NCBI GenBank assembly: GCA_013334485.1
Contig: JAAXXL010000002.1
Span: 11,490-75,489 of the forward strand
Direction: 5' to 3'
DNA from: Chlorobiaceae bacterium
GTDB lineage: Bacteria > Bacteroidota > Chlorobiia > Chlorobiales > Chlorobiaceae
Length of the DNA stretch: 64,000 nucleotides
The first letter of the stretch is position 1, and each line of letters starts with the position of its first letter. The notes under the pieces are model-generated. The model was given only the letters and a program-made list of their open reading frames with translations, did no database searches and was not told where the DNA came from. The position numbers were made by a program, and so were the translations under genes. This document shows, piece by piece, positions 1 to 9,408 of the stretch.

Positions 1-503
1 AGAGCCACCATCGCAAGACCATTGGCAACTGCCGCAGCCGATCCTCCGGAACTGCCGCCTGGCACACGTGTTTTGTCATAGGGATTGGGTACATTGCCGA
101 ATGCTGAATTTTCATTCGAACTGCCCATGGCAAACTCATCCATATTGGTTTTGCCAAGAAAAACAGCGTCCTCCGCTTCAAGCCGCAAAACTGCTGTTGC
201 ATCGTAAACACTTTCGTAATTCTCGAGAATTTTAGATGCACAGGTAAGCCCTGCTCCTTTTATAGCTATATTGTCTTTTATGGCCATAGGCATGCCGAAC
301 AATTTTCCGGGCTTGCCACCTTCCATGAGTTTACGGTCAAGGGCTTTTGCGCGTTCGACTGCCTGCTCATGAAAAACCGATATATAGATATTGTCTGACT
401 GATGATGATCAATACGATCCAGATAGAGACGAACGACCTCTTCACAGGATATCGAACGGGAGAGAAGTCTGGAACGAAGATCCTCGTAACTACTTAATTT
501 CAC
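1..503 (-). CDS. gatA: Asp-tRNA(Asn)/Glu-tRNA(Gln) amidotransferase subunit A, N-terminal part (runs off window start)
   Basis: Not in ORF track. Manual translation from GTG at 503 gives [14 protein letters not shown]...AIKDNI...[21 protein letters not shown]...[19 protein letters not shown], the amidase signature of GatA. Confidence 0.95.
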   Translation of the reverse strand, partial: MKLSSYEDLRSRLLSRSISCEEVVRLYLDRIDHHQSDNIYISVFHEQAVERAKALDRKLMEGGKPGKLFGMPMAIKDNIAIKGAGLTCASKILENYESVYDATAVLRLEAEDAVFLGKTNMDEFAMGSSNENSAFGNVPNPYDKTRVPGGSSGGSAAAVANGLAMVA

Positions 504-725
504 TTCAGTTATAAATTATTTTATGATGGGATTTTATCACACTGATTCCCTCTCACTTTTCCACAGGAAATGAGTATATATATACAGGAATTGTGTTCTG
601 TCTAAAGTTTGTATAATAAGAAATAACTGCATATTATTCACTCAATTTAAGGTGTTTTCCTCTTCAGAAAACATCAGCAGATTATGATTACGTCTGCCCG
701 TAAGCTATAAGGAGTAACGAGAGTT

Positions 726-1574
726 ATGGCTATAATCAAGACAATGACTCCATCATCATCATTCAAGCCTCGTTGGTTTGCCACTGACAGTGACACCGCA
801 GACGAGAGGCTGCAAGCTGAATTAAAATCATCATGCCAGCTCCCCTGTCATATTGCTATTATTATGGATGGGAACGGTCGATGGGCGCGTTTAAAAGGGA
901 AAACAAGACTTGAGGGGCATATTGCCGGTGTAGACTCGGTTCGTGATGTTGTTGAAGCCTGTTCACAGCTCGGTATCAAATACCTGACACTGTTTACCTT
1001 CTCAACCGAAAACTGGAACCGGCCTGAAAATGAGGTTTCTGCACTTATGCAGCTCCTGGTAAAGGTTATAGGCAAGGAAACTCGAAAATTGCATGACAAC
1101 AACATCCGCCTCAATGTCATTGGCAATATGGAGCTTATGCCTGAAAAGGTGCGTACGGTGCTGAACAGCACCATGGAACTGACAAAAAATAACAATAAGC
1201 TGGTACTGAATGTTGCAATCAGCTACAGTGGTAAATGGGATATTGTGCAGGCCTGCCGAGCAATGCTTGCTGAAGTGCAGAAAGGGAAACTTGCAGTGGA
1301 AGCTATTGATGAGCAGGTTCTTGCATCATACCTCTCTACAGCCACAATGCCTGACCCTGAGCTTCTGATCAGAACCAGTGGCGAGTTCCGAATCAGTAAC
1401 TTTATGCTCTGGCAGAACGCCTACTCGGAAATATATTTCACCAATGCATACTGGCCCGATTTTCGTCGATCACAGCTTTATGACGCAATTCTCGACTATC
1501 AGAACAGGGAGCGAAGATTCGGTCAGACAAGTGAACAAATTCAGAAAAAAAACATAGCCTCAAACAAGCATTAA
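726..1574 (+). CDS. uppS: Undecaprenyl diphosphate synthase (isoprenyl transferase)
   Basis: HIAIIMDGNGRWA, FSTENWNRP, DLLIRTSGE-like PELLIRTSGEFRISNFMLWQ, and RRFG motifs; GGAG at 711-714. Confidence 0.96.
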   Translation: MAIIKTMTPSSSFKPRWFATDSDTADERLQAELKSSCQLPCHIAIIMDGNGRWARLKGKTRLEGHIAGVDSVRDVVEACSQLGIKYLTLFTFSTENWNRPENEVSALMQLLVKVIGKETRKLHDNNIRLNVIGNMELMPEKVRTVLNSTMELTKNNNKLVLNVAISYSGKWDIVQACRAMLAEVQKGKLAVEAIDEQVLASYLSTATMPDPELLIRTSGEFRISNFMLWQNAYSEIYFTNAYWPDFRRSQLYDAILDYQNRERRFGQTSEQIQKKNIASNKH

Positions 1575-1597
1575 AAGGATTGATACCTAAGTAATTC

Positions 1598-4087
1598 ATG
1601 AAAAAAACGCAACCACTGATAACGGTAGTTCTGACTGCACTTGCATTAAATTTTTCTGTAAATAACGTTGAGGCAAAAACACGCACCAAGGTAACTGAAC
1701 CGACTACAATCAGTGCGGTAAAACAAAATTCGTTCACGGTAAAGAAAATCTCAATTATCGGACTTGAGACACTTGGTGAACAGGAACTGACCGCAAGCCT
1801 TCCAGTCAAAGTCAATGACCGAATCACCATCCCGGGTACAGAACTCTCCGGGGCGTTGCAATACCTCTGGCAACTCCAGAGATTCAGTGACATTACTGTT
1901 GAAAAAAATGAGCTCGGCCAAGGTAACATCGCGCTCATATTCACCGTACATGAACTGAGAATACTTGACCAGGTAACCTTTGAGGGAAACAGCAAGTACA
2001 AAAGTGATGAACTGCTGCCGAAAACTTCACTGGTAACCGGCCAGAAAATAAGTGAGCAGGATCTGCTGACCGCTGCTAATAAAATCGAAAAACTCTATGC
2101 ATCGAAAGGCTACCTGACCGCCGGAGCAGAATTCTCTCTTAAAGATAACGGCAAAAATCACGTAACGGTCCACTTCAAAATAAGCGAGGGTACCAAGGTA
2201 TCTATCGAAAAAATAACCTTTCATGGAAACAGTGCATTCAAGCAAAATAAACTGAAAGGGGTTTTCAAAGAAACTACCCAGAACTCCTGGTGGCGCAAAA
2301 TTTTCGGTACGCCAAAACTTGACAAAGACAAGTTCAGCGATGACAAACACCTTCTGGAAGAGTTCTACAGAAACAATGGGTATCGTGATATAAGAATTCT
2401 GCGAGATTCAATCAGTTATACTCCTGAAAAAAAAGGGCTGTTTCTTGATATTTTTCTTGAAGAGGGAAGAAAATACTCTATCCGTAATATTACATGGAGT
2501 GGTAATACAAAGGATTTTGCCACAACAGAAATTCTCAACAATCACTTCAGGATCAAAAAAGGTGATCTGTATAATGCCAGGTTGATCCAGGAACGACTGA
2601 ATTATTCGCAGGACAACTCCGACATCAGCTCGCTCTATCTGGATCGCGGCTACCTCTCATTCAGTGCCAAACTTGACGAACAGGTTATAAAACCAGACTC
2701 TGTAGATCTGGTGATTGCGTTAAGAGAGGGTGAACCGTTCCAGCTTAATACGGTCAGCATCAAAGGCAACAGCAAAACAAAAGACCATGTCATCCGTCGT
2801 GAACTCTACACGATTCCTGGTGACATGTTCAGTCGCAGTAATGTGGTTCGCAGCATCAGAGAGCTGAACATGCTCAATTACTTTGAGCCGGATCAGATTT
2901 CACCGGACGTTCATCAGAACCCGGAAAACAACAGTGTTGATTTGACCTACAACGTTACTGAAAAACAGACTGACACCTTCAATGCCTCTGTAGGATACGG
3001 TAATACAGGCTTCACCGGTTCACTTGGAGTAACCTTCAATAACTTTTCACTGAAGGATATATTTAATCCCGAGGCCTACACCCCTCTGCCACATGGAGAC
3101 GGGCAGAAAGTAGGAGTGCAATGGCAATTTGGCAGTTATAACTACAATACGTTAAGCTTCTCTTTTACCGAGCCATGGGCATTCGGCACTCCAACAACGG
3201 TCGGGTTTTCAGCCTTCAAAACCCATAGTGCCTACGATTATACCGATGACAGCATATCCAACCCGACCGTCATAGACCAGTATGGCTCGACGCTCTCTGT
3301 TGGAAGACGACTGACATGGCCTGACGACTATTTCTCGATAAACTGGAAGCTGAAATATCTGAACAGCAGAGGAGGATTTCTCAGTTTTATTGATCTTCCC
3401 GCAGATGCCCCGACAGAAGCAAATGAGTATTCCATAACGCAGACCTTCGGTCGTAACAGTATTGACAGCCCTATCTATCCCCGAAAAGGAAGCAAAAACA
3501 TCTTCACCGCACAGCTTGCCGGCGGACCGCTTCCAGGTTCGGTTGATTTCTATAAATTAAATTTCAACTCGAGCTGGTTCTTTCCGATCTCTAAAAAACT
3601 GATACTGAACCTCTCCACGCAGCAAGGGTATCTGTCAACATTCAGTGACAGTGACTATATTCCCTATACGGAATACTTCTATATGGGGGGAAGCGGCATG
3701 TCCACACTGCCAACCGTTCCGCTCAGAGGATATGATGATCGAAGTCTTGGTTCACCACTTGGAAGCAGCACCAACAGCTCCACCCTCTATGCCGGAAAAA
3801 TCTATTCCAAGTTCACTTCGGAGCTGCGTTATCCCATCACAATGTCACAATCGGTAAGTATCTACGGCCTGGCATTTATTGAGGCAGGTAACCTCTGGCA
3901 GACCAAAAGTGCAGTAAGCTTTTCAGACCTGAAAAAATCAGCCGGTCTCGGACTTCGTCTTTACCTGCCGATTATCGGGCAAATCGGTCTTGACTACGGA
4001 TACGGATTTGATGCCGTTAAAAGTATACCTGAAAAAACAAAACAGGGGTGGAATCTCCTCTTCAGCTTTGGCTCTTCAATTGATTAA
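1598..4087 (+). CDS. bamA: Outer membrane protein assembly factor BamA
   Basis: Signal peptide, POTRA-like repeats (GN.KTKDHVIRREL), C-terminal barrel with LRGY motif and GLGLRLYLPIIGQIGLDYGYG; follows uppS. Confidence 0.95.
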   Translation: MKKTQPLITVVLTALALNFSVNNVEAKTRTKVTEPTTISAVKQNSFTVKKISIIGLETLGEQELTASLPVKVNDRITIPGTELSGALQYLWQLQRFSDITVEKNELGQGNIALIFTVHELRILDQVTFEGNSKYKSDELLPKTSLVTGQKISEQDLLTAANKIEKLYASKGYLTAGAEFSLKDNGKNHVTVHFKISEGTKVSIEKITFHGNSAFKQNKLKGVFKETTQNSWWRKIFGTPKLDKDKFSDDKHLLEEFYRNNGYRDIRILRDSISYTPEKKGLFLDIFLEEGRKYSIRNITWSGNTKDFATTEILNNHFRIKKGDLYNARLIQERLNYSQDNSDISSLYLDRGYLSFSAKLDEQVIKPDSVDLVIALREGEPFQLNTVSIKGNSKTKDHVIRRELYTIPGDMFSRSNVVRSIRELNMLNYFEPDQISPDVHQNPENNSVDLTYNVTEKQTDTFNASVGYGNTGFTGSLGVTFNNFSLKDIFNPEAYTPLPHGDGQKVGVQWQFGSYNYNTLSFSFTEPWAFGTPTTVGFSAFKTHSAYDYTDDSISNPTVIDQYGSTLSVGRRLTWPDDYFSINWKLKYLNSRGGFLSFIDLPADAPTEANEYSITQTFGRNSIDSPIYPRKGSKNIFTAQLAGGPLPGSVDFYKLNFNSSWFFPISKKLILNLSTQQGYLSTFSDSDYIPYTEYFYMGGSGMSTLPTVPLRGYDDRSLGSPLGSSTNSSTLYAGKIYSKFTSELRYPITMSQSVSIYGLAFIEAGNLWQTKSAVSFSDLKKSAGLGLRLYLPIIGQIGLDYGYGFDAVKSIPEKTKQGWNLLFSFGSSID

Positions 4088-4199
4088 TTTTAATGTCATT
4101 TTATCACAGTAATTTGTAATTCAAAGTGAACTATATATATTTAAGCTATGTTGTATAGGATGATACAGTTCAGTTATTAAACCAAATTACATAGGAGAG

Positions 4200-4691
4200 A
4201 TGATGAAGAAAACTTATTCACTACTTATCGCAGCTTTAGGATTGACTCTTTTGGCTGCACCTCTTCAGGCTTCCGACAGGTATGCGAGCCTTTTCGGTGG
4301 TGTATCGAAGATCAATGACGGCACGCTGGACGCTGGCTTGACTGCAACTGCTGCCCTAGGATGTGACTACGGAACCAGCCGGGTAGAGGCTGAACTTGGT
4401 TACCAGAACAACGGAGTAAAAAACAGCACAAGTGATGTAAGACTTGTTTCACTCATGGGTAATGGTTATTACGACATTGACCTCGGTGGTGTTGATCTCT
4501 ATGGCACAGCCGGTGTCGGCGTTGCTGAAAGTGGACATCAGACGGATGTTGCATACCAGTTCGGTGCTGGTCTTGCAGTACCAATTGGTGACAAGGTAAT
4601 GCTTGATGCAAGATATCGTTACTTTACAACCATTGTCAATCCTTCTCTTTCAAGTAACAGTGGTCTGCTTGGACTTCGGATCACGTTCTGA
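4200..4691 (+). CDS. Small outer-membrane beta-barrel protein (OmpA-TM/Opa-like, 8-stranded)
   Basis: Signal peptide, RVEAELGY, AYQFGAGL and LDARYRYF strands, C-terminal Phe (GLRITF); SD AGGAGA. Confidence 0.85.
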   Translation: MMKKTYSLLIAALGLTLLAAPLQASDRYASLFGGVSKINDGTLDAGLTATAALGCDYGTSRVEAELGYQNNGVKNSTSDVRLVSLMGNGYYDIDLGGVDLYGTAGVGVAESGHQTDVAYQFGAGLAVPIGDKVMLDARYRYFTTIVNPSLSSNSGLLGLRITF

Positions 4692-4712
4692 TCTGAAAAA
4701 ATGTACATAAAT

Positions 4713-4743
4713 AAAAAAGGAGGCTTCGAGCCTCCTTTTTTTT
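4713..4743. terminator. Bidirectional intrinsic terminator
   Basis: AAAAAA-GGAGGC-TTCGA-GCCTCC-TTTTTTTT between convergent genes. Confidence 0.9.
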
Positions 4744-4760
4744 AAAAAAAACAGCTCTTG

Positions 4761-5354
4761 TCAAGAGCTCCTTTTCAAGCGCGACAGCTCATCACGGAGT
4801 CTTGCCGCCTCTTCATAGTTTTCATTACTGATCGCTTCATTAAGAGCCGCCTGAAGCTCTTCAAGCCGTGTATCCAGGTTTGAGGATACCAATGGCATCT
4901 CTTCTTCAGATTCAGCGGGAATCTCCTCCTCTCCATCCTCCTTCTGCTCCTCTTTTATACCCGCCTCATTCATAATCTCTTCGGTAACAAACAAGGGCGC
5001 ATTGAACCTCACAGCAATAGCTATGGCGTCACTCGGTCGTGCATCGATTTCATGAACCTCGCCATTCACCTCACAGACGACCTTTGCATAAAAGGTCTCG
5101 TTATGCAGCTCATCAATAATAATTTCATTGACATGCAGATGAAAAGCATCGGCTATATTCTTGAAGAGATCGTGAGTAAAGGGGCGGGGTGGTTTTATAT
5201 TTTCAAGTTTCAGAGCAATAGCCTGAGCTTCAAAACCACCAATAATGATTGGAAGCTTGCGCTTTCCTTCCAGCTCGTAGAGAATAAGGGCATATGCTCC
5301 GTTTGTATGGGGACTGGTAGAAAGTCCGAGAATATCTACCTGAAGTTTACGCAT
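4761..5354 (-). CDS. Bifunctional nuclease family protein (DUF151) with C-terminal UVR domain
   Basis: LPIIIGGFEAQAIA, PRPFTHDL, IDARPSDAIAIAVR; UVR motif ENYEEAARLRDEL. Confidence 0.92.
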   Translation of the reverse strand: MRKLQVDILGLSTSPHTNGAYALILYELEGKRKLPIIIGGFEAQAIALKLENIKPPRPFTHDLFKNIADAFHLHVNEIIIDELHNETFYAKVVCEVNGEVHEIDARPSDAIAIAVRFNAPLFVTEEIMNEAGIKEEQKEDGEEEIPAESEEEMPLVSSNLDTRLEELQAALNEAISNENYEEAARLRDELSRLKRSS

Positions 5355-5432
5355 CGGCTGAAAAAATATTTAACGTTACACCCGGAAAGGAACAGATCAT
5401 CCGGGTATTTACTAACCACAAGGTACAGCTAA

Positions 5433-6416
5433 TCAGTTCTTCTTCAAAAATTCCTTTACCGCATCAATAAGTTTTGGCAGCACAAGATGCACATCGCCAA
5501 CAAAACCATAATCTGCAACCTGAAAAATCGGGGCATGAGGGTCACTGTTGACGGCCACCACTATTCCTGCTGAAACAATACCGGCAAGATGCTGGGGAGC
5601 ACCAGACAGCCCGCAGGCAATATAGAGCTCGGGGGCAACCGTTTTACCTGTCTGACCAACCTGCTCTCTGTGAGAACGCCATCCTTCATCGACTGCAAAT
5701 CGGCTTGCGCCTACTGCTCCGCCAAGAAGAGCCGCAAGCTCTTCGAGCATGTTGAAGCCCTCTCTGCCACCCATCCCTCTACCCCCTGATACGATAATAC
5801 GGGCTTCAGCTATATCCAGACTGTTTTCGCGAAAAACGATCCTGCGAACTTCAGATAAAAGCAGATCAATACCCGTTTGAGGCAACCTGATCGGCAGCAC
5901 TTGAATATGACTTTCGCAAGAAAATCCTGCAACTCTTCCCCGTAAAGGTGAAAGATTATAGATCCTGACGTGTCGTTGAGGAGCAAACAAAGCTTTTGCC
6001 TGACCTGAATAGAGCGGACGAACACAACCATCAGGGATCCCGTTCTTGTCTGTATGCAGTTCTCCAGTAAGCAGTGAGGCCTGAAGATCAACAGAAAGTC
6101 TCGGAGCAAGGTCCCGGCTAAGAGATGAATCGGCAAAAAAAAGCGCTGAATAGTTCTCCTGCATCAGCTCAACCAGAAGAGAAGCATAATATTGCTGGTG
6201 GTACACCCTGAGATCCTCGCCAGTGGCATGATACACAACCCCTTCACCGGCAAAAAGAGATGCGTTCTCAAGGATATTCGCCGGACCGGCAATAAGACCC
6301 GTTACGGTCGATCCTGGCTCTGATGCAGCAATCTCCTGAACCCTGTTCCAGATATTAATGGAGGATTTTTTCAGAGCCCCCTCCCTTTGCTCGAGAAATA
6401 CCAGATATTTATTCAT
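5433..6416 (-). CDS. etfA: Electron transfer flavoprotein alpha subunit
   Basis: VSGGRGMG, GAVGASR, QVGQTGKTVAPELYIACGLSGAPQH, and APIFQVADYG FAD-binding motifs. Confidence 0.93.
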   Translation of the reverse strand: MNKYLVFLEQREGALKKSSINIWNRVQEIAASEPGSTVTGLIAGPANILENASLFAGEGVVYHATGEDLRVYHQQYYASLLVELMQENYSALFFADSSLSRDLAPRLSVDLQASLLTGELHTDKNGIPDGCVRPLYSGQAKALFAPQRHVRIYNLSPLRGRVAGFSCESHIQVLPIRLPQTGIDLLLSEVRRIVFRENSLDIAEARIIVSGGRGMGGREGFNMLEELAALLGGAVGASRFAVDEGWRSHREQVGQTGKTVAPELYIACGLSGAPQHLAGIVSAGIVVAVNSDPHAPIFQVADYGFVGDVHLVLPKLIDAVKEFLKKN

Positions 6417-6449
6417 GATAACAGGTTTTAGGCTCCACTATCAAGCTCC

Positions 6450-7199
6450 TCACAAAAAAAAGCCCTCTTTGGCGAACAGCTCGACCAGCTCTTTTTCGCT
6501 CTCTATAAAATGGCATACTTTTTTCCGCTCATAAGGTTCAATACTGCTCATGAAAACAAAAGGAGTTTCCTCAACCGTTACGGTTAATAGATCTATCGGT
6601 TTTTTTCTGGCCTCCATGACAGATCTGACAGTGGTTTTCCGTGGTTGATTCAACCCTTTTTCCGCACTGAGCACGGCTGGAAAGTGAAGCGTAATCTCTT
6701 CAGTTCCCCCTTCAATCTCCCGCTCAAGATGCAGATTGTCACCCGAAACATCGAGAGAGGTAACACCGCTGACTGAAGCCATACCGAGCAGTTCGCCAAG
6801 CATCGAAGGCACTTCTGCATGCTGAAAATCAGTGGAACGTTTTCCGCATAAAACAAGCTCAGGCATAACCTCACCATAACAGGCAATCAACGCTTTTCTC
6901 AAAAAGAGGGCGATCAGATAGGGATCAGAGGGCTCAGTAATAGTGTTCACAAGAACTGCCCGATCAGCTCCCAGTGCAAGAGCTTTACGCAGCATCTCTT
7001 TAGCAGATGGAGGTGCAACACTGAAAACAGTTACAAAACTCCCCGCAATACGCTCTTTAAGGCAAACTGCTTCCTCAAGGGCATACTCATCGTAAGGGTT
7101 CATCACCTCGTTGATTCTCGAACGGTCTAATGCTCCGTCAACAAACCCGATAACAGATGCGCTATCGGGAACCTGGCAGAGGCATACAGCTATATTCAT
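6450..7199 (-). CDS. etfB: Electron transfer flavoprotein beta subunit
   Basis: QVPD, MNPYDEYALEEA, ALALGAD, REIEGG, GLNQPR; start revised to ATG at 7199 (MNIAV). Confidence 0.9.
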   Translation of the reverse strand: MNIAVCLCQVPDSASVIGFVDGALDRSRINEVMNPYDEYALEEAVCLKERIAGSFVTVFSVAPPSAKEMLRKALALGADRAVLVNTITEPSDPYLIALFLRKALIACYGEVMPELVLCGKRSTDFQHAEVPSMLGELLGMASVSGVTSLDVSGDNLHLEREIEGGTEEITLHFPAVLSAEKGLNQPRKTTVRSVMEARKKPIDLLTVTVEETPFVFMSSIEPYERKKVCHFIESEKELVELFAKEGFFL

Positions 7200-7293
7200 G
7201 GCGGTTTCTCTTGTTGTTGCGATATCTCCAGGAAAAAAGAAGAGACCTTTGTAATGACAAAATAAGAGAGCAGGGAGAGAAAAAAAATGCAAC

Positions 7294-7318
7294 AAAAAAG
7301 CCGCGTGAACGCGGCTTT
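7294..7318 (-). terminator. Intrinsic terminator after the tRNA pair
   Basis: Minus strand AAAGCCGCG-TTCA-CGCGGC followed by a T6 tract. Confidence 0.8.
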
Positions 7319-7331
7319 AATGATTAACAAG

Positions 7332-7413
7332 TGCCCGAGAGGAGATTCGAACTCCTACACCTTTCGGCGCTACCCCCTCAAGATAGTGTGTCTACCAATT
7401 TCACCACTCGGGC
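7332..7413 (-). tRNA. tRNA-Leu(GAG); CCA not encoded
   Basis: GCCCGAG acceptor pairs with CTCGGGC; D-loop GGTGAAATTGGTAGAC; anticodon arm CTATC-TTGAGGG-GGTAG; long variable arm; T-loop GTTCGAAT. Confidence 0.96.
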
Positions 7414-7445
7414 TTGTCAAAATCCAAAATTACAATACCAACCTG

Positions 7446-7518
7446 TGAGAATAGAAGGACTCGAACCTTCGACCCTCTGCTTAAAAGGCAGATGCTCTAC
7501 CGACTGAGCTATATTCTC
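7446..7518 (-). tRNA. tRNA-Lys(TTT); CCA not encoded
   Basis: GAGAATA/TATTCTC acceptor; TAGCTCAGTCGGTAGAGC D-arm; TCTGC-CTTTTAA-GCAGA anticodon arm; GGTTCGAGTCC T-arm. Confidence 0.96.
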
Positions 7519-7550
7519 GACCAATAACAAAGGTACAGACGTACCGGAAC

Positions 7551-7658
7551 TTATTTGTTCTGGTATCTCAAGCGCTTTTTGTGCCTATTCTTACGGCGCA
7601 TCTTTTTACGCTTGTGTACCGCCATTTTATGACGTTTTCTTTTTTTTCCGCAGGGCAT
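7551..7658 (-). CDS. Small basic ribosomal protein bS22 / AURKAIP1-COX24 domain protein (35 aa)
   Basis: Manual translation MPCGKKRKRHKMAVHKRKKMRRKNRHKKRLRYQNK*, which matches the family pattern MP.GKKRKRHKM..HKRKKR.RKNRHKK; below the ORF-track cutoff. Confidence 0.88.
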   Translation of the reverse strand: MPCGKKRKRHKMAVHKRKKMRRKNRHKKRLRYQNK

Positions 7659-7800
7659 GTAGTAAATGTCTTTCTACTTGTTTTAAAGGCAGATAATATA
7701 GGAAGTTTTCTCAAAAACGCAAACAGAAATTCTCCCTAAACAGTAATTGATTTTTTATATCGCGCTTACACTCGACTGCATTCAGTACGGAACCAGAAAA

Positions 7801-9090
7801 TCAGGCATTCATATATTTGAAAAAGTCCTTGTTGTCTTTTGTATCAGCCATTTTTTCGCGCATGAACTCCATGCATTCGATAGGGTTCTTGTCGGCAAGA
7901 TACTTTCTGAGAAGCCATGTTCGCGACAGCTCTTCCTGCGAAAAGAGCAGCTCCTCCTTACGGGTTCCGGAACGAAGAATATCGATGGATGGAAAGATCC
8001 GTCGTTCAGAAAGGCGGCGATCAAGCAGAAGCTCCATGTTACCGGTTCCCTTGAACTCTTCAAAGATAACATCATCCATACGCGATCCGGTATCAACAAG
8101 TGCTGTGGCAATAATAGTCAAACTGCCCCCCTCCTCAATATTTCGGGCAGCACCGAAAAAGCGCTTTGGCTTGGTAAGCGCATTGGCATCAATACCACCG
8201 GAAAGAATCTTTCCCGAGTGTGGAATGATAGTATTATGCGCTCTGGCAAGCCGGGTAATGGAGTCAAGCAGCACAACAACATCCCTGCCAACTTCTACAA
8301 GCCGCTTGGCCTTCTCCAGCACCATATCGGCCACAAGGACGTGGCGTTCAGGATCCTCATCAAATGTTGAACTGACGACCTCTGCGGGCACGCTACGGGC
8401 CATATCGGTCACCTCTTCAGGCCGTTCATCAATGAGCAGCACAATAAGGTAGACCTCAGGATGATTTTTGATGATCGCATTGGCTACCATCTGCAGGAGC
8501 ATGGTTTTACCGGTTTTCGGCTGCGCGACAATCAAACCTCTCTGCCCTTTACCGATCGGAGTAAAAATATCCATAATCCGACCGCAATATTCCGACTGCT
8601 TGGTCTCCAGCTTTAGCCGTTCCCTTGGGAACAGAGGAGTAAGGTTTTCAAAATAAGGCCGCTCTCTTGTGATTTCAGGATCATTACCATCTATAGTGTT
8701 GATCTTCAGCAGTGCAAAAAAACGCTCCCCCTCTTTTGGTGCCCTGACCTGGCCGGATACCGTATCACCGGTGCGCATGTTGAAGCGTTTGATCTGGGAA
8801 GGAGAGACATAAATATCGTCGGGAGAGGAGAGGTAGTTATAATTTGCAGAGCGTAAAAAACCGTACCCTTCCGGTATAACCTGCAGAACCCCGGTATTGA
8901 CCATCACATTTCCACTTTCAGAATCGCTGTTTTTCTGTGACTGGGCTTCGATAATCTTGAAAATCAGCTCCTCTTTCCTTAACCCTGCTGCAGTAACACC
9001 AATCTCTTTGGCTAATGCATGCAGTTCAAAAACTTTCTTTTTCTGGAGCATATTGATGTCCAGACCTTTAAACACCGGATTGTTCGACAT
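7801..9090 (-). CDS. rho: Transcription termination factor Rho
   Basis: [57 protein letters not shown]. Confidence 0.98.
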   Translation of the reverse strand: MSNNPVFKGLDINMLQKKKVFELHALAKEIGVTAAGLRKEELIFKIIEAQSQKNSDSESGNVMVNTGVLQVIPEGYGFLRSANYNYLSSPDDIYVSPSQIKRFNMRTGDTVSGQVRAPKEGERFFALLKINTIDGNDPEITRERPYFENLTPLFPRERLKLETKQSEYCGRIMDIFTPIGKGQRGLIVAQPKTGKTMLLQMVANAIIKNHPEVYLIVLLIDERPEEVTDMARSVPAEVVSSTFDEDPERHVLVADMVLEKAKRLVEVGRDVVVLLDSITRLARAHNTIIPHSGKILSGGIDANALTKPKRFFGAARNIEEGGSLTIIATALVDTGSRMDDVIFEEFKGTGNMELLLDRRLSERRIFPSIDILRSGTRKEELLFSQEELSRTWLLRKYLADKNPIECMEFMREKMADTKDNKDFFKYMNA

Positions 9091-9408
9091 TGTAAATGAT
9101 ATTGAGACGCTTGTTATTCGAAAAATATAAACAGGGAAAAGTGTGAACAGTCGTCACATCAGGACGACTTATCCACGGTCATGGCCAAAACCACGTATCA
9201 TCAACGGGTGCTACTTTTAACGCTTTTTCATGCAGCATGAAAGCAGGGAAAAAGAAGATGACAGGGGAAGACTTTCTATAATTGAAAAAGGGATAATCAC
9301 AACAAGGAATTATGAAACGGGAGTCTCTCTTGGATAAATGAAGCATTTATGTTGTTCGGGTAAAATATAAAACTTTTTCCGTAAAAAAACTCTCTTCAAA
9401 CTGTGGCT

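Noticed and set aside
591-617. TTGTGT...TATAAT promoter-like motif upstream of uppS
   Set aside because: The 15-bp spacer is non-canonical and the region is AT-rich, so it cannot be supported without TSS data.
7747-8452. 207-aa and 211-aa plus-strand ORFs opposite rho
   Set aside because: Antisense shadows with no protein motifs.
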